Source of the DNA: Pseudomonadota bacterium
GTDB taxonomy: Bacteria; Myxococcota; JACRCW01; JAFGSX01
Reading direction: 5' to 3'
Assembly (NCBI GenBank): GCA_043821645.1
Contig: JBDRCO010000052.1
Span: forward strand, 97,442 to 161,441
Length of the DNA stretch: 64,000 nucleotides
Numbering within the stretch: the first letter of the stretch is position 1; each line of letters starts with the position of its first letter. Below the pieces are notes generated by a model. That model did no database searches, was not told where the DNA came from, and saw nothing but the letters and a program-made list of their open reading frames with translations. The position numbers were made by a program, and so were the translations under genes. This document shows positions 28,954-39,409 of this stretch, in pieces.

Positions 28954-29876
28954 CAGCAGCCGGAGCTCACCTTCTTGAAATCCGGATCGCCGAGCTGCTC
29001 CACACCGGGCAGGTCCTTGCCCGCGAGGTAGTGACCCTGGTACTCGCCACCCAGTCTGGCCTCGATCTCGGCCTTCTTGCGCGCGGCGAAGCCCGCCAGA
29101 TCGTCCGTCCCCAGGAGCTTGCCGACCTCGCGGTCGCTCAGGTGCTGGTCTCCGGTGACCAGGCGCGAGAACAGTGGAATGTGACGCAGGAAGTGGGTCT
29201 CGGCGTTCTTGAGGCGCTCGTCCATGTCCCAGATGTCGACGCCGGCTGGCTGGCTCGCGAGGTCCCGATAGGCCCAGGTGATCGCCTCGGCACCGGTCAT
29301 CGTGGCAGCGTGCTGGCTCGCCTTGCGCGTGATGTTCACGTCCAGGTTCTTGCGCCCATCGATGTCACGGCTCACCTTGCTGAGAGCATCGTTCCAGGCG
29401 CTCATCTCGGTGCGGAAGGACTCCAGGGAGCCATCCACCGCTGCGTCGGCGAGCTTTCCGGACAGCCCCTGCAGGCGATCCGAGGCCTCGGCCTCCTTGC
29501 GATCGAGGCGCCCGTCGCCATTCTTGTCCAGTGCGCGCACCTCCTGCTTGGCCGCAAGCAGAGCACTCATCACGTTCTGGACCTCACCTGAATCCAGCTT
29601 CTTGGGATCGACCTGCACGCTGCGCGTCGACGTTCCACCTGAACAGCCGGCAGGAACGCTTCGCTCCTCGGTGCGTGCAAAGCTGTCCTTGATGGCCTCC
29701 AGGCTCCTGTCCAGGGCCCGGTCGCCCGTCGCCTCGACCGCGTGCTCCAGCTTCTCCACGTCGACAGAACCGTCTGCGGAGCGCGCGGTCTTGATGGCAT
29801 CCCCCAGCCGGTCGAGGGTCTTGTCCAGGTCGCGGGGCACCACCGCGGGCATGTCGGGCTTGCGGATCGAGGTCAT
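28953..29876 (-). CDS. 307-aa hypothetical protein with an EF-hand-like loop, ending in SSGC
   Basis: SD AAGGAG; strong GC3 bias; DKNGDGRLDRKE; TGATG overlap with the radical SAM start; no signal peptide evident. Confidence 0.85.
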   Translation of the reverse strand: MTSIRKPDMPAVVPRDLDKTLDRLGDAIKTARSADGSVDVEKLEHAVEATGDRALDRSLEAIKDSFARTEERSVPAGCSGGTSTRSVQVDPKKLDSGEVQNVMSALLAAKQEVRALDKNGDGRLDRKEAEASDRLQGLSGKLADAAVDGSLESFRTEMSAWNDALSKVSRDIDGRKNLDVNITRKASQHAATMTGAEAITWAYRDLASQPAGVDIWDMDERLKNAETHFLRHIPLFSRLVTGDQHLSDREVGKLLGTDDLAGFAARKKAEIEARLGGEYQGHYLAGKDLPGVEQLGDPDFKKVSSGC

Positions 29877-29987
29877 TTTGGAACTCCTTGGGAAGATGAG
29901 GCGCTGCTCATCCTATCTGGAATCGTCTGAATTTGGGCGAGATCTGGCTCCAAGGTGCTTGCCGTCCTGGAGGTCCTGCCAGGCCGC

Positions 29988-30506
29988 TCACTGCCCGATG
30001 AACTTGCACCAGCCCCGGCAGCGCGCCCGGGACTTGTCGCAGTTATCAAAACAGCCAGCGCAGGTGTGGGAATCCCCGGGCGAGGTGGTGCAGGCGTCGC
30101 CGCAAGCGCTCGCCTGGCGGTCGCAATCGCGGCGGCAGTCGCTCTGGTCGGTGCCGTCGCGCTCCTGGTGCTCCCGGTTGGTGCCGTCGAGGCAGGCGCG
30201 GATGGACGCGCTATCCGAGGCCGCATCGCCCTGGCAGCTCAAGCCCGCCAGGCACTCGGCGCCCTCGGCCTTCCATTCCTGGCACTGCTCCAGGCACACG
30301 GCCAGATCCAGCTCGCGGCCAGACTCGGCGTCGCGGCAACCGCGGGGCGTTCCATCCGGTGCCTGGGCCACGCTGTCCGCGCGGAGTCCGCACGCCTCGA
30401 CCACCACCTCGCAGGCCTTGTCGCAGGGGCCCGTGCAGGCCCATCCCCAGAGGCACAGGAACCCGACGCTCACGGCGACACCAAGGCTGAGCAGGCGTGC
30501 GTGCAT
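29988..30506 (-). CDS. Cys-rich secreted protein or lipoprotein
   Basis: Hydrophobic N-terminus ending WGWAC; many CxxxC spacings. Confidence 0.7.
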   Translation of the reverse strand: MHARLLSLGVAVSVGFLCLWGWACTGPCDKACEVVVEACGLRADSVAQAPDGTPRGCRDAESGRELDLAVCLEQCQEWKAEGAECLAGLSCQGDAASDSASIRACLDGTNREHQERDGTDQSDCRRDCDRQASACGDACTTSPGDSHTCAGCFDNCDKSRARCRGWCKFIGQ

Positions 30507-30512
30507 GTGGGC

Positions 30513-31091
30513 TCAGTCCAACAGGCCAGCGGGGTTGACGTCGACGGTGAAGGTCGTGGCGAAGCGCAGGTCGCAACCCAGGCCAGGCCTGTCGTTGGCC
30601 GTAGCGTCGACGCGAAGGGTCATGCTGGGCGCGGCTAGGAAGTCCTTGAGGTTGTGGTTGCTGTCGACGACGAAGTCGTAGCGGAATACACCGACCCCGA
30701 AGGCGTCGCTTGCGCTCTCGGCGACCACCGCTTCTGCCACGCCCTCGGCCTGCAACACGAAGCGCACCTGGTCCAGAAAGCGTAGGTCCTGCAACAGGTT
30801 GCCGTTGCGGTCGGCAGGGCCGAGCACCTCGAGGGTGACGGACTTGGCCACGAAGCTGTCGACGTCGTTCGTGTCCACACCCTGGTTCTCGAACGACTGG
30901 GACACCGACTGCGACAGGTTGTCCGCGATGCCGTCGACCGGGATCACCGACAGAGGGTCACTGACCAGGTTCTTGCCCGGGATGCTGACCACCTGTTCGC
31001 CGTCGACGTCGAAGCGCTCGAGGTCCTGCACGGGATTGCAGGCCAGCGGCAGCAGGCACAACAGCAACGCGCCAGGGCTCCGCCCGTTCAT
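30513..31091 (-). CDS. Lipoprotein, beta-rich, function unknown
   Basis: Start MNGRSPGALLLCLLPLAC (lipobox PLAC); ATG overlaps the S8 gene stop. Confidence 0.78.
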   Translation of the reverse strand: MNGRSPGALLLCLLPLACNPVQDLERFDVDGEQVVSIPGKNLVSDPLSVIPVDGIADNLSQSVSQSFENQGVDTNDVDSFVAKSVTLEVLGPADRNGNLLQDLRFLDQVRFVLQAEGVAEAVVAESASDAFGVGVFRYDFVVDSNHNLKDFLAAPSMTLRVDATANDRPGLGCDLRFATTFTVDVNPAGLLD

Positions 31092-34000
31092 CGACGGCGC
31101 CTCCACCCGAAGGCCAGGGCGAGGCCCAGCATCGCCAGGGCGGCCGGGCGCATGTTCGTCGACGTCTGGCTGCGGCAGCAGCAGCCCTCCGTGCACTCGT
31201 CCTTGGCTGGCGGGGCAATGGAGAAGGGCAGGGGCGTGCCCCAGTTGCCCGTGTTGCGGTCATCGTGGTGAAAGCTGGCCCATTGCACGCTGGGGTAGCG
31301 CGAGCCGGCCTTGGCCTGGCTGGGACCCCGTGTCCCCCAGACATAGAGCCAGCCCTCGCGGGTTCCGGTGACGACGTCCAGCAACCCGTCGCCGTCGAGA
31401 TCGCCAATTGCTGGCGTGCTCAGCCCCCACTGGCTGTGGAACTTGGGCCATCCCGCCGGAGCCTCGCCCTTGTGGTTGAAGGCGAACACGAAGTAGCCAC
31501 CCTCCGTCGACAGTGTCTCGGGGAGACCGTCGCCGTCGATGTCGGCCACCGCGTAGTTCATGAAGAACTGAAAGTCGTTGACCTTCTGCGGGAAGCCGTC
31601 GAGGAAGTAGCCGCTCTCCAGATCCCAGGCACCGATGGAATGGTCGTAGGACGCGCGCCGGCCACCCTCGCTGGCCACCCGGACCAGACCTGTCCCGGCA
31701 GTGCCGTCGATGACGTCGAGTTTTCCGTCGACGTTGAGGTCCGCGATGGTGGGATCGTTGATCAGGGGCAGGGTGATGATCTCCTTGGTATTGGACTGTC
31801 GGCCATAGGCCTCGGAGCCCGAGAACATGTTGGACTCCTGGCCATCGCGGCCGTCGATGCCGAGCTTGGTGATGTTGCCGCCCATGCCGGCGGCGACGAT
31901 CTCGTCCTTGCCGTCGCCATCGATATCCGCCGCGGCAGGAGAATTGGGCTGACCACGGCCCACGAAGGGCAAGATCTCACCCGGCACGAAGCCGATGAGG
32001 TTGTGCGGCCAGCGCGGCAGAAAAGCGCCACCACTGTGGGCGTTGCCGTCTCCCCAGATCGCGTACACGAAGCTCGCCGTCGAGCCCTCGACCCGCTCGT
32101 TGGTGCCCACCACAACCTCGGGTTTGCCGTCGCCATCGAGGTCCGCCAGGGCCGGGGTGGAGATAATACGCCCGTCGAGCCTCTGCCCGCTGTTGGTTCC
32201 TGGCTGGTAGGTCTCGTTGCGACACAGCACCGGCCAGCCATTCACAGCCGTGCCGTCGTCGTGCCAGGCGTACACCCACTGGTCCATGGCGGCGACGATG
32301 ATCTCCAGGTCGCCGTCGTTATCGAGATCGCCCAGCACCGCGGACGAGAAGATCCCGCTCTCGGCAAAGCGCTGCTCCGTGCCCTGGAACTTGCCCCACA
32401 CGAATTCGGACACGTGGGCGGGATCTAGTCCGACCGGGAAGCCGGCGCGGAGCCTGGCCTGGTCGTCGAAGACATAGACCAGCCCGTCAAAGGTCGGCAC
32501 AACGATGCTCTTGCCCACTCCGCTGCCTTCGAGGTCACCGACGGCCGCAGCCCCGCGCACCGAGCTGAACTTGTCTGCTGTGGTCACCTGCCCCGAGGTG
32601 TAAGCCGCGCTCTGCCGGTGGCATTTGCGAGGCTCGGCTGCGCAGAAAGTCGGGTCGAGGGAGGGGTAGGTGTTGACCACGGTGGGGAAGCCTGGCAGCT
32701 CACTGCCGTCGAGCTTCATCGCGTGGACCTCGCCGTCCTCGGTGACAAAGACCATCTCCTGGGAGCCGTCGCCGTCCAGATCCGTGATCTTCACGGAGCC
32801 CGTTCCGGCGCCGAAGAAACGCGGCCAGCCAGGCTTGAGATCCGGGTCGTGGTGGACCGCGATAGACTTGCGAAACTCACCGCGCACCTCGCCGTTTGGC
32901 CCGCTTGCCGTGCCAACCAGGCGCAGGGTCACCGTGAACTGATCACGCTGGGTCGGCACTGCGGCGGGGTCGGCGAAGATGCCGGCAGTGGGCAGCGTGC
33001 CCAGTTTCTGCTCGACGACAGGAGCGCTGCGTGTGGCCTGACCGCTGGCCAGGTTCACGAAATCGGACTCTGTCGGCACCAGACCGCGTGCCCATTGAAG
33101 CTGCCATTGCACCGTGTCATAGCGCGGGCTCGACACTGAACCGTAGATGTCCAGGTTCGGCGTCTGCACAGGATCCACCACCTCGAACCAGCGCGGTGTG
33201 GTGAGGTCGACCTCGGGCGGGACCTTCTTGTCCCGCAGCAGCTCGAGCGCTCGGCGTGCATTGTTGCGGCCGTAGCCAAAGTGCTCGTCCCAGCCCTTGG
33301 CGGAGGGGTACTTGGTGCTGGAGCACGCGCCGGTGATGGTCTCGTGGGTGGGGTCGCTAAGGTCGAGCCCCGCAAAGCAATGGTACCAGGGCGGCGCGCA
33401 CTCGTCGTTGTCGTGGCAGGCCTGGCCGTCGACGGCCGGCATGTGGTCGTCGGTGGGGACGTCGATGTCGTCGGCACTCATGGTCAGTATCTGGTAGGTC
33501 TCCTCGGTGGTCAGGGCCGTGCTGTAGTAGGGATCGCCGCCGTCCTGAAGCTGCAGGAAGTAGCCGTGCAGCAAGCCCGCCTGGCCCGAGGTCTTGCCGG
33601 TGGCTTCGCTCGAACAGCCACTGCCCGGCGTGGACAGGGCGAGGTGCCCTCCGTAGTTGGTGCAGTTGTTGAAGTTGAGGAAGGTGCTCGAACGCTTCCA
33701 GGGGCTTCTTCCCTCGCCGTCGTTGTCGTAGACGATGGCGTGAACGTACAGCGTGTGCTCGGCATTGCCGGGGTAGTTGTGATGGTAGCTGGTCTCGTCC
33801 GCCGCGCTGGCCACCACGGTCACTCCGTTGTTGTAGGCGTAGTCGATGGCGTTTTGCATGAGCGTGGTGCTGTTGAGCGAGCCCAGGGCCTCCTGCACCA
33901 CCTTGGCGCCCGAATCCACCGAGAAGATGACGCCCTCGGCAAACTGGTTGACCTCGACCACGAAGCTGTCGCCGACGCGCACCGGCAGAACCCGGCAGCG

Positions 34001-35140
34001 AGGGCACACGCCGATGTCGCCCTCACCGTTGTTCCCTTCGGCCGTGGAGTCCTTCGCCTCGCCGGAGCCGTGGCCGAAGTCCGTGTCGTCGGACGGGTCA
34101 TTGTCGTTCCAGAAGAAGTCCCAGCCGCTGATGTCGTCGACGTAGCCATTGGCGTCGTCATCCACACCATCCGAGCAGGCCTCGCTGCTGGCGGGGTTGG
34201 TGCCACGGATCAGGTCCTGCGGATCCAGGTGACCGTTGCCGTTGACGTCCAGGTAACCGGACCCGTCGTAGTCGCGCATGTTGAACACGCCGTCCTCGTT
34301 GACGTCGTAGGTGGCCGGTGAGCCCGCGGTGGCGCCCGGCGGGGGGCAGGACAGCAACTCGTCGGCGTTGAGATAGAACTTGGTCCACAGGTCGCGCTCG
34401 TGCCAGCGAATGCCGGAGTCGAGCACCGCGACGACCACTCGCGGATCTCCCGTGGACAGCAGCCAGGCAGCGTCGGCGCTCTGACCGCTGGACAGGCCGG
34501 CCTGGCCCGGCCGGGTGCAGGTGGCGTCGTAGGGGCCGCCGACGGGGCAGGGCGTTTTCTCCCAGGTGTCGACGTTGGCTCCCACCTCCGGATCAGCAGC
34601 GTCCTCGGGCTGGTGCGAGATGGGGTTGGGCAAGAAGCCCCACAGCTCCCACATGCCAGGATAGCTGCCATCCGAGGGCCAGTTGGCTCGGTCCGCAAGC
34701 TCGTCCCGGGTGAGCGAGGTGACAGCCCGGGGCCAGATCGCGACGTTGATCGGCACGTCCACCGGGCTCCCCGCACTCGGCGTGAAGGTCACGGTCGCGC
34801 TGTAGGGTCCGTCGGCGGTGAACGCGGCGGTGTCGATGCGCAGGTGCACGATGGCGTCGCTGGCGCCGGAGGCCGGATCGAGGGTGATCCACCCGTCGCC
34901 CAGGGCGTAGCTCACCGAGGACGTCCAGCTCTCTCCGGCGTCCGCAGTGACGGCGAGTCGCTTGACGGGAAGTCGTGCGCCGCGGATGACGCTCACGTCG
35001 GGCAGCCTCTCGAAGGCGCGGTCCTCGGTCTGTGGCTGGGGCGCGACCGAGAAGGCCGCTCGTGTCGATGCAGGCACGAGGGACGCGACGAGGACCAACG
35101 AGGAGGCGCTCAGGATGCAGAGCAGACGGGACAGACGCAT
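31088..35140 (-). CDS. Secreted S8 (subtilisin-like) serine peptidase with FG-GAP/VCBS repeats and MYXO-CTERM-like sorting signal
   Basis: Signal peptide MRLSRLL...; catalytic D (VAVLDSG), H (FGHGS), S (GCSSEAT); repeated DLDGDG..E(I/V)V; C-terminus EGCCCR...LAMLGLALAFGWRRRR. Confidence 0.88.
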   Translation of the reverse strand: MRLSRLLCILSASSLVLVASLVPASTRAAFSVAPQPQTEDRAFERLPDVSVIRGARLPVKRLAVTADAGESWTSSVSYALGDGWITLDPASGASDAIVHLRIDTAAFTADGPYSATVTFTPSAGSPVDVPINVAIWPRAVTSLTRDELADRANWPSDGSYPGMWELWGFLPNPISHQPEDAADPEVGANVDTWEKTPCPVGGPYDATCTRPGQAGLSSGQSADAAWLLSTGDPRVVVAVLDSGIRWHERDLWTKFYLNADELLSCPPPGATAGSPATYDVNEDGVFNMRDYDGSGYLDVNGNGHLDPQDLIRGTNPASSEACSDGVDDDANGYVDDISGWDFFWNDNDPSDDTDFGHGSGEAKDSTAEGNNGEGDIGVCPRCRVLPVRVGDSFVVEVNQFAEGVIFSVDSGAKVVQEALGSLNSTTLMQNAIDYAYNNGVTVVASAADETSYHHNYPGNAEHTLYVHAIVYDNDGEGRSPWKRSSTFLNFNNCTNYGGHLALSTPGSGCSSEATGKTSGQAGLLHGYFLQLQDGGDPYYSTALTTEETYQILTMSADDIDVPTDDHMPAVDGQACHDNDECAPPWYHCFAGLDLSDPTHETITGACSSTKYPSAKGWDEHFGYGRNNARRALELLRDKKVPPEVDLTTPRWFEVVDPVQTPNLDIYGSVSSPRYDTVQWQLQWARGLVPTESDFVNLASGQATRSAPVVEQKLGTLPTAGIFADPAAVPTQRDQFTVTLRLVGTASGPNGEVRGEFRKSIAVHHDPDLKPGWPRFFGAGTGSVKITDLDGDGSQEMVFVTEDGEVHAMKLDGSELPGFPTVVNTYPSLDPTFCAAEPRKCHRQSAAYTSGQVTTADKFSSVRGAAAVGDLEGSGVGKSIVVPTFDGLVYVFDDQARLRAGFPVGLDPAHVSEFVWGKFQGTEQRFAESGIFSSAVLGDLDNDGDLEIIVAAMDQWVYAWHDDGTAVNGWPVLCRNETYQPGTNSGQRLDGRIISTPALADLDGDGKPEVVVGTNERVEGSTASFVYAIWGDGNAHSGGAFLPRWPHNLIGFVPGEILPFVGRGQPNSPAAADIDGDGKDEIVAAGMGGNITKLGIDGRDGQESNMFSGSEAYGRQSNTKEIITLPLINDPTIADLNVDGKLDVIDGTAGTGLVRVASEGGRRASYDHSIGAWDLESGYFLDGFPQKVNDFQFFMNYAVADIDGDGLPETLSTEGGYFVFAFNHKGEAPAGWPKFHSQWGLSTPAIGDLDGDGLLDVVTGTREGWLYVWGTRGPSQAKAGSRYPSVQWASFHHDDRNTGNWGTPLPFSIAPPAKDECTEGCCCRSQTSTNMRPAALAMLGLALAFGWRRRR

Positions 35141-35429
35141 TCGATTCTCCCTATTCTTGCCTGTCGCAAAAAGACGGGGGCTGGGCAGGCTGCAATCCTT
35201 GCACCCCGGGGGCCCCGGGAAGCTGCATCGGTCGCCGGCACACCGCACCCCGGCAGCATCGTAGTGCGAGCCACGGCCCAGCGGCAACTCGCGATGTACC
35301 GAATTCCGAGGTTCAATTGACCGGGCCAGGGGCCTGCATTAAGGTGGTGAACCGGAACGCGCCGCCTCGTCGAGCACCGCGGTGCAGGTTGCCACAGCCC
35401 GCTTGGTCGTCGACGTCAATGGAGGGACA

Positions 35430-36515
35430 ATGTTCGCCCGGCGAATGATCGTGCTGCTCGGAACACTCGTTGCCTTGACCCTGGCTGGGAACGCGGCTCG
35501 CGCCCAGACACCGAACCTGGTGAACAAGAACGCCGTGGTCAAGAAGACCGGGTCGGCCAAGGACGAGGCCGGCAAGAACATGAAGATCAAGAAGGGCGAA
35601 AAGGTCCTGGTGATCTACGAGCGCGGAGACTGGTACTGGGTCAAGAACAAGAAGGGCCAGCAAGCCTGGTTTCTCAAGAAGCACGTGACGATCAAGGCCG
35701 ACAAGGCCAAGCCAAAGCCCAAGCCCGAACCGGAGCCCGAACCGGAGCCCGAACCGGAGCCCGAACCCATCGTCGCACCCGAGCCCGAGCCGCAGCCTGC
35801 TGTGACCACTGCGGCACCGGAGCCCGAGCCGATCCCGGCACCGACGACCACCACCGCCACGACAACCACGTCCTCTTCTGTCACTGGCACCACCGTCGCC
35901 AGCGCCGCGCCGGCTACCTCGACGGGACTGGCCTCCATCCCCTCCATGGGATCTTTCAAGCGCGCCGGTCGGATCTCTGTCATCGCCTCCGAGCGGGAGG
36001 GTCGGGTCAAGGTGGATGGCCGCGACGTCGGCCTGGCGCCGATTCGCGGGCTGTCGGTGAAGGGGGGGACGCATACCGTCTCCGTCGAGAAAGAGGGCTT
36101 CGTCACCAGTTCGTCGCTGGTCGAGGTCGACGGTGGTGACATGCCCGTCGCCCTGGCACTCGTCCCCACCGACCAGACGCGCGAGGCCCACGAGGGGAGC
36201 GTTGGTCTGTTTCGCATGATCGGTTACGGGGCGCTGGGTCTGGGTGGCCTGTCCACCCTCGCGGGTCTCGGCGTCAGCGCCTGGGGGCAGGCCGAGAGCA
36301 CGGCCGCACGGCAAGCCATCTACACATACAACGAGCAGACCGTGCGCACCGACTCGGAATACCAGGCCCTGGTGACACGCCGTGACGGTGCGGCCACCAC
36401 ACTGCTGGTGGGAGAGATCGCGCTGGTCAGCGGAATCGTCGTTGCCACCGCGGGTATCGTCTCTTACATGCTTTCCGGCGACCCCGACCGATTTGCGGCG
36501 TATCGCAGCGAGTAG
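35430..36515 (+). CDS. Secreted SH3-like + Pro/Thr-rich linker + PEGA-domain protein with C-terminal hydrophobic helices
   Basis: Signal peptide; KKGEKVLVI...WYWVK...G..W (SH3b-like); VKVDG..VG.AP......GTHTVSVEKEGF (PEGA). Confidence 0.8.
   Translation: MFARRMIVLLGTLVALTLAGNAARAQTPNLVNKNAVVKKTGSAKDEAGKNMKIKKGEKVLVIYERGDWYWVKNKKGQQAWFLKKHVTIKADKAKPKPKPEPEPEPEPEPEPEPIVAPEPEPQPAVTTAAPEPEPIPAPTTTTATTTTSSSVTGTTVASAAPATSTGLASIPSMGSFKRAGRISVIASEREGRVKVDGRDVGLAPIRGLSVKGGTHTVSVEKEGFVTSSSLVEVDGGDMPVALALVPTDQTREAHEGSVGLFRMIGYGALGLGGLSTLAGLGVSAWGQAESTAARQAIYTYNEQTVRTDSEYQALVTRRDGAATTLLVGEIALVSGIVVATAGIVSYMLSGDPDRFAAYRSE
35724..35768 (+). repeat. 12-nt tandem repeat (CCCGAACCGGAG)x3+ encoding (PE)n
   Basis: Three perfect copies plus a partial copy. 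Confidence 0.8.
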
Positions 36516-36548
36516 GGATCGCGCCGCACGGTGCGGCAATGGACAGGC

Positions 36549-37496
36549 ATGCACGTTTTTCGAAGTCACGCCGAGGCCGCGGGGCAGGTCGACGGTTGTT
36601 CAGTTGCCATTGGCAACTTTGACGGTGTCCACAACGGGCACCGAACGCTCATTCAGGCCACGGCCACGGTCGCGCATCGAGGCCCCCTGACCGTCCTCAC
36701 CTTCGACCCTCATCCGGCCAAGTTGCTCAAGCCCGATCTCGCCCCGCAATTGATCATGCCCCTGCACCGCAGACTGAACTTCCTCGAGGCCTGTGGCGTC
36801 GAGGTGGCCGTGGTCGAGCCCTTCACTCTTGAGCTGGCGGCGCTGCCCGCTGCGGAATTCGTCGAGCGGATGTTGATCCGGGCCTTGTGTCCGGACGCCG
36901 TGACCGTGGGCCACGACTTCACGTATGGCGCCCAGCGCAGCGGGAATGTCGAGAGCCTGCATGCGCAGCTCAGCGCCGCTGGTGTCGAGGCGCGCGTGCT
37001 GGCCGCGATTCGCACCGAAGGCGTCATCGTGTCGAGCACCAAGGTGCGCGAATTCGTGCTCATGGGTCAGATGGACGGTGCGGCGCTGCTTCTGGGACGC
37101 GCGTTCTCGGTGTGGGGCCGCGTGGTTCACGGTGCCGGGCGTGGTGCGAACCTCGGCATCCGCACGCTCAATCTCGACACCGACCACGAACTTCTGCCAC
37201 GGCGCGGGGTGTATGCGTGCTCGACGGTCCTCCCGGGCCGGGAGACCCCGGCCATGGCAGTAACCAATGTCGGGCGCAATCCTACATTTGGCGACGAGGA
37301 ACTGCACATCGAGACCCACGTGCTCGAGGACATCCCGGATCAGTACGGGCAGGACGTCGAGGTGCGCTTCGTGGCCCGGCTCCGCGACGAGCGGCGTTTT
37401 CCCGGAGCTGCGGAACTCATTCGCCAGATCGAGGAGGACATTGCCCAGGCTCGCCAGATCCTGGGATCGACGCGCAGCCCTGACAGCCCTGCGTGA
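36549..37496 (+). CDS. ribF: Bifunctional riboflavin kinase/FAD synthetase
   Basis: IGNFDGVHNGH, TFDPHP, VGHDFTYG, VSST.VR, G.GRG..LGI.T.N, NVGRNPTF, ETHV, LRDERRF. Confidence 0.96.
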   Translation: MHVFRSHAEAAGQVDGCSVAIGNFDGVHNGHRTLIQATATVAHRGPLTVLTFDPHPAKLLKPDLAPQLIMPLHRRLNFLEACGVEVAVVEPFTLELAALPAAEFVERMLIRALCPDAVTVGHDFTYGAQRSGNVESLHAQLSAAGVEARVLAAIRTEGVIVSSTKVREFVLMGQMDGAALLLGRAFSVWGRVVHGAGRGANLGIRTLNLDTDHELLPRRGVYACSTVLPGRETPAMAVTNVGRNPTFGDEELHIETHVLEDIPDQYGQDVEVRFVARLRDERRFPGAAELIRQIEEDIAQARQILGSTRSPDSPA

Positions 37497-37523
37497 CGAC
37501 GGGGAAATCGGCGACTGGTCATC

Positions 37524-37553
37524 TTGACACTCCTTGGTAGAGCGTGCGACGAT
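37524..37553 (+). promoter_or_regulatory. Candidate sigma70 promoter for pilB
   Basis: TTGACA-18 nt-GACGAT, with TG at the extended -10 position. Confidence 0.45.
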
Positions 37554-37641
37554 TCGCGCTTCCGGCAGCTTTGGTGGCTGCCTCCACGAGGGGTCTGACG
37601 CGAGGGCACCACGCCGGTGCACCTGCTCCGGGGATCATCGA

Positions 37642-39360
<1,719 letters not shown>

Positions 39361-39409
39361 GCCTGGCCCCGGTCTTGGAGTACACCCTCAACGGGGAGAA
39401 GTGGCGCGA

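Noticed and set aside
28950-28965. Gly-Cys-TGA at the end of the 307-aa protein as a possible selenocysteine (GCU) motif
   Set aside because: The TGA is part of a standard TGATG coupling to the next gene; the read-through frame looks non-coding and no convincing SECIS was seen.
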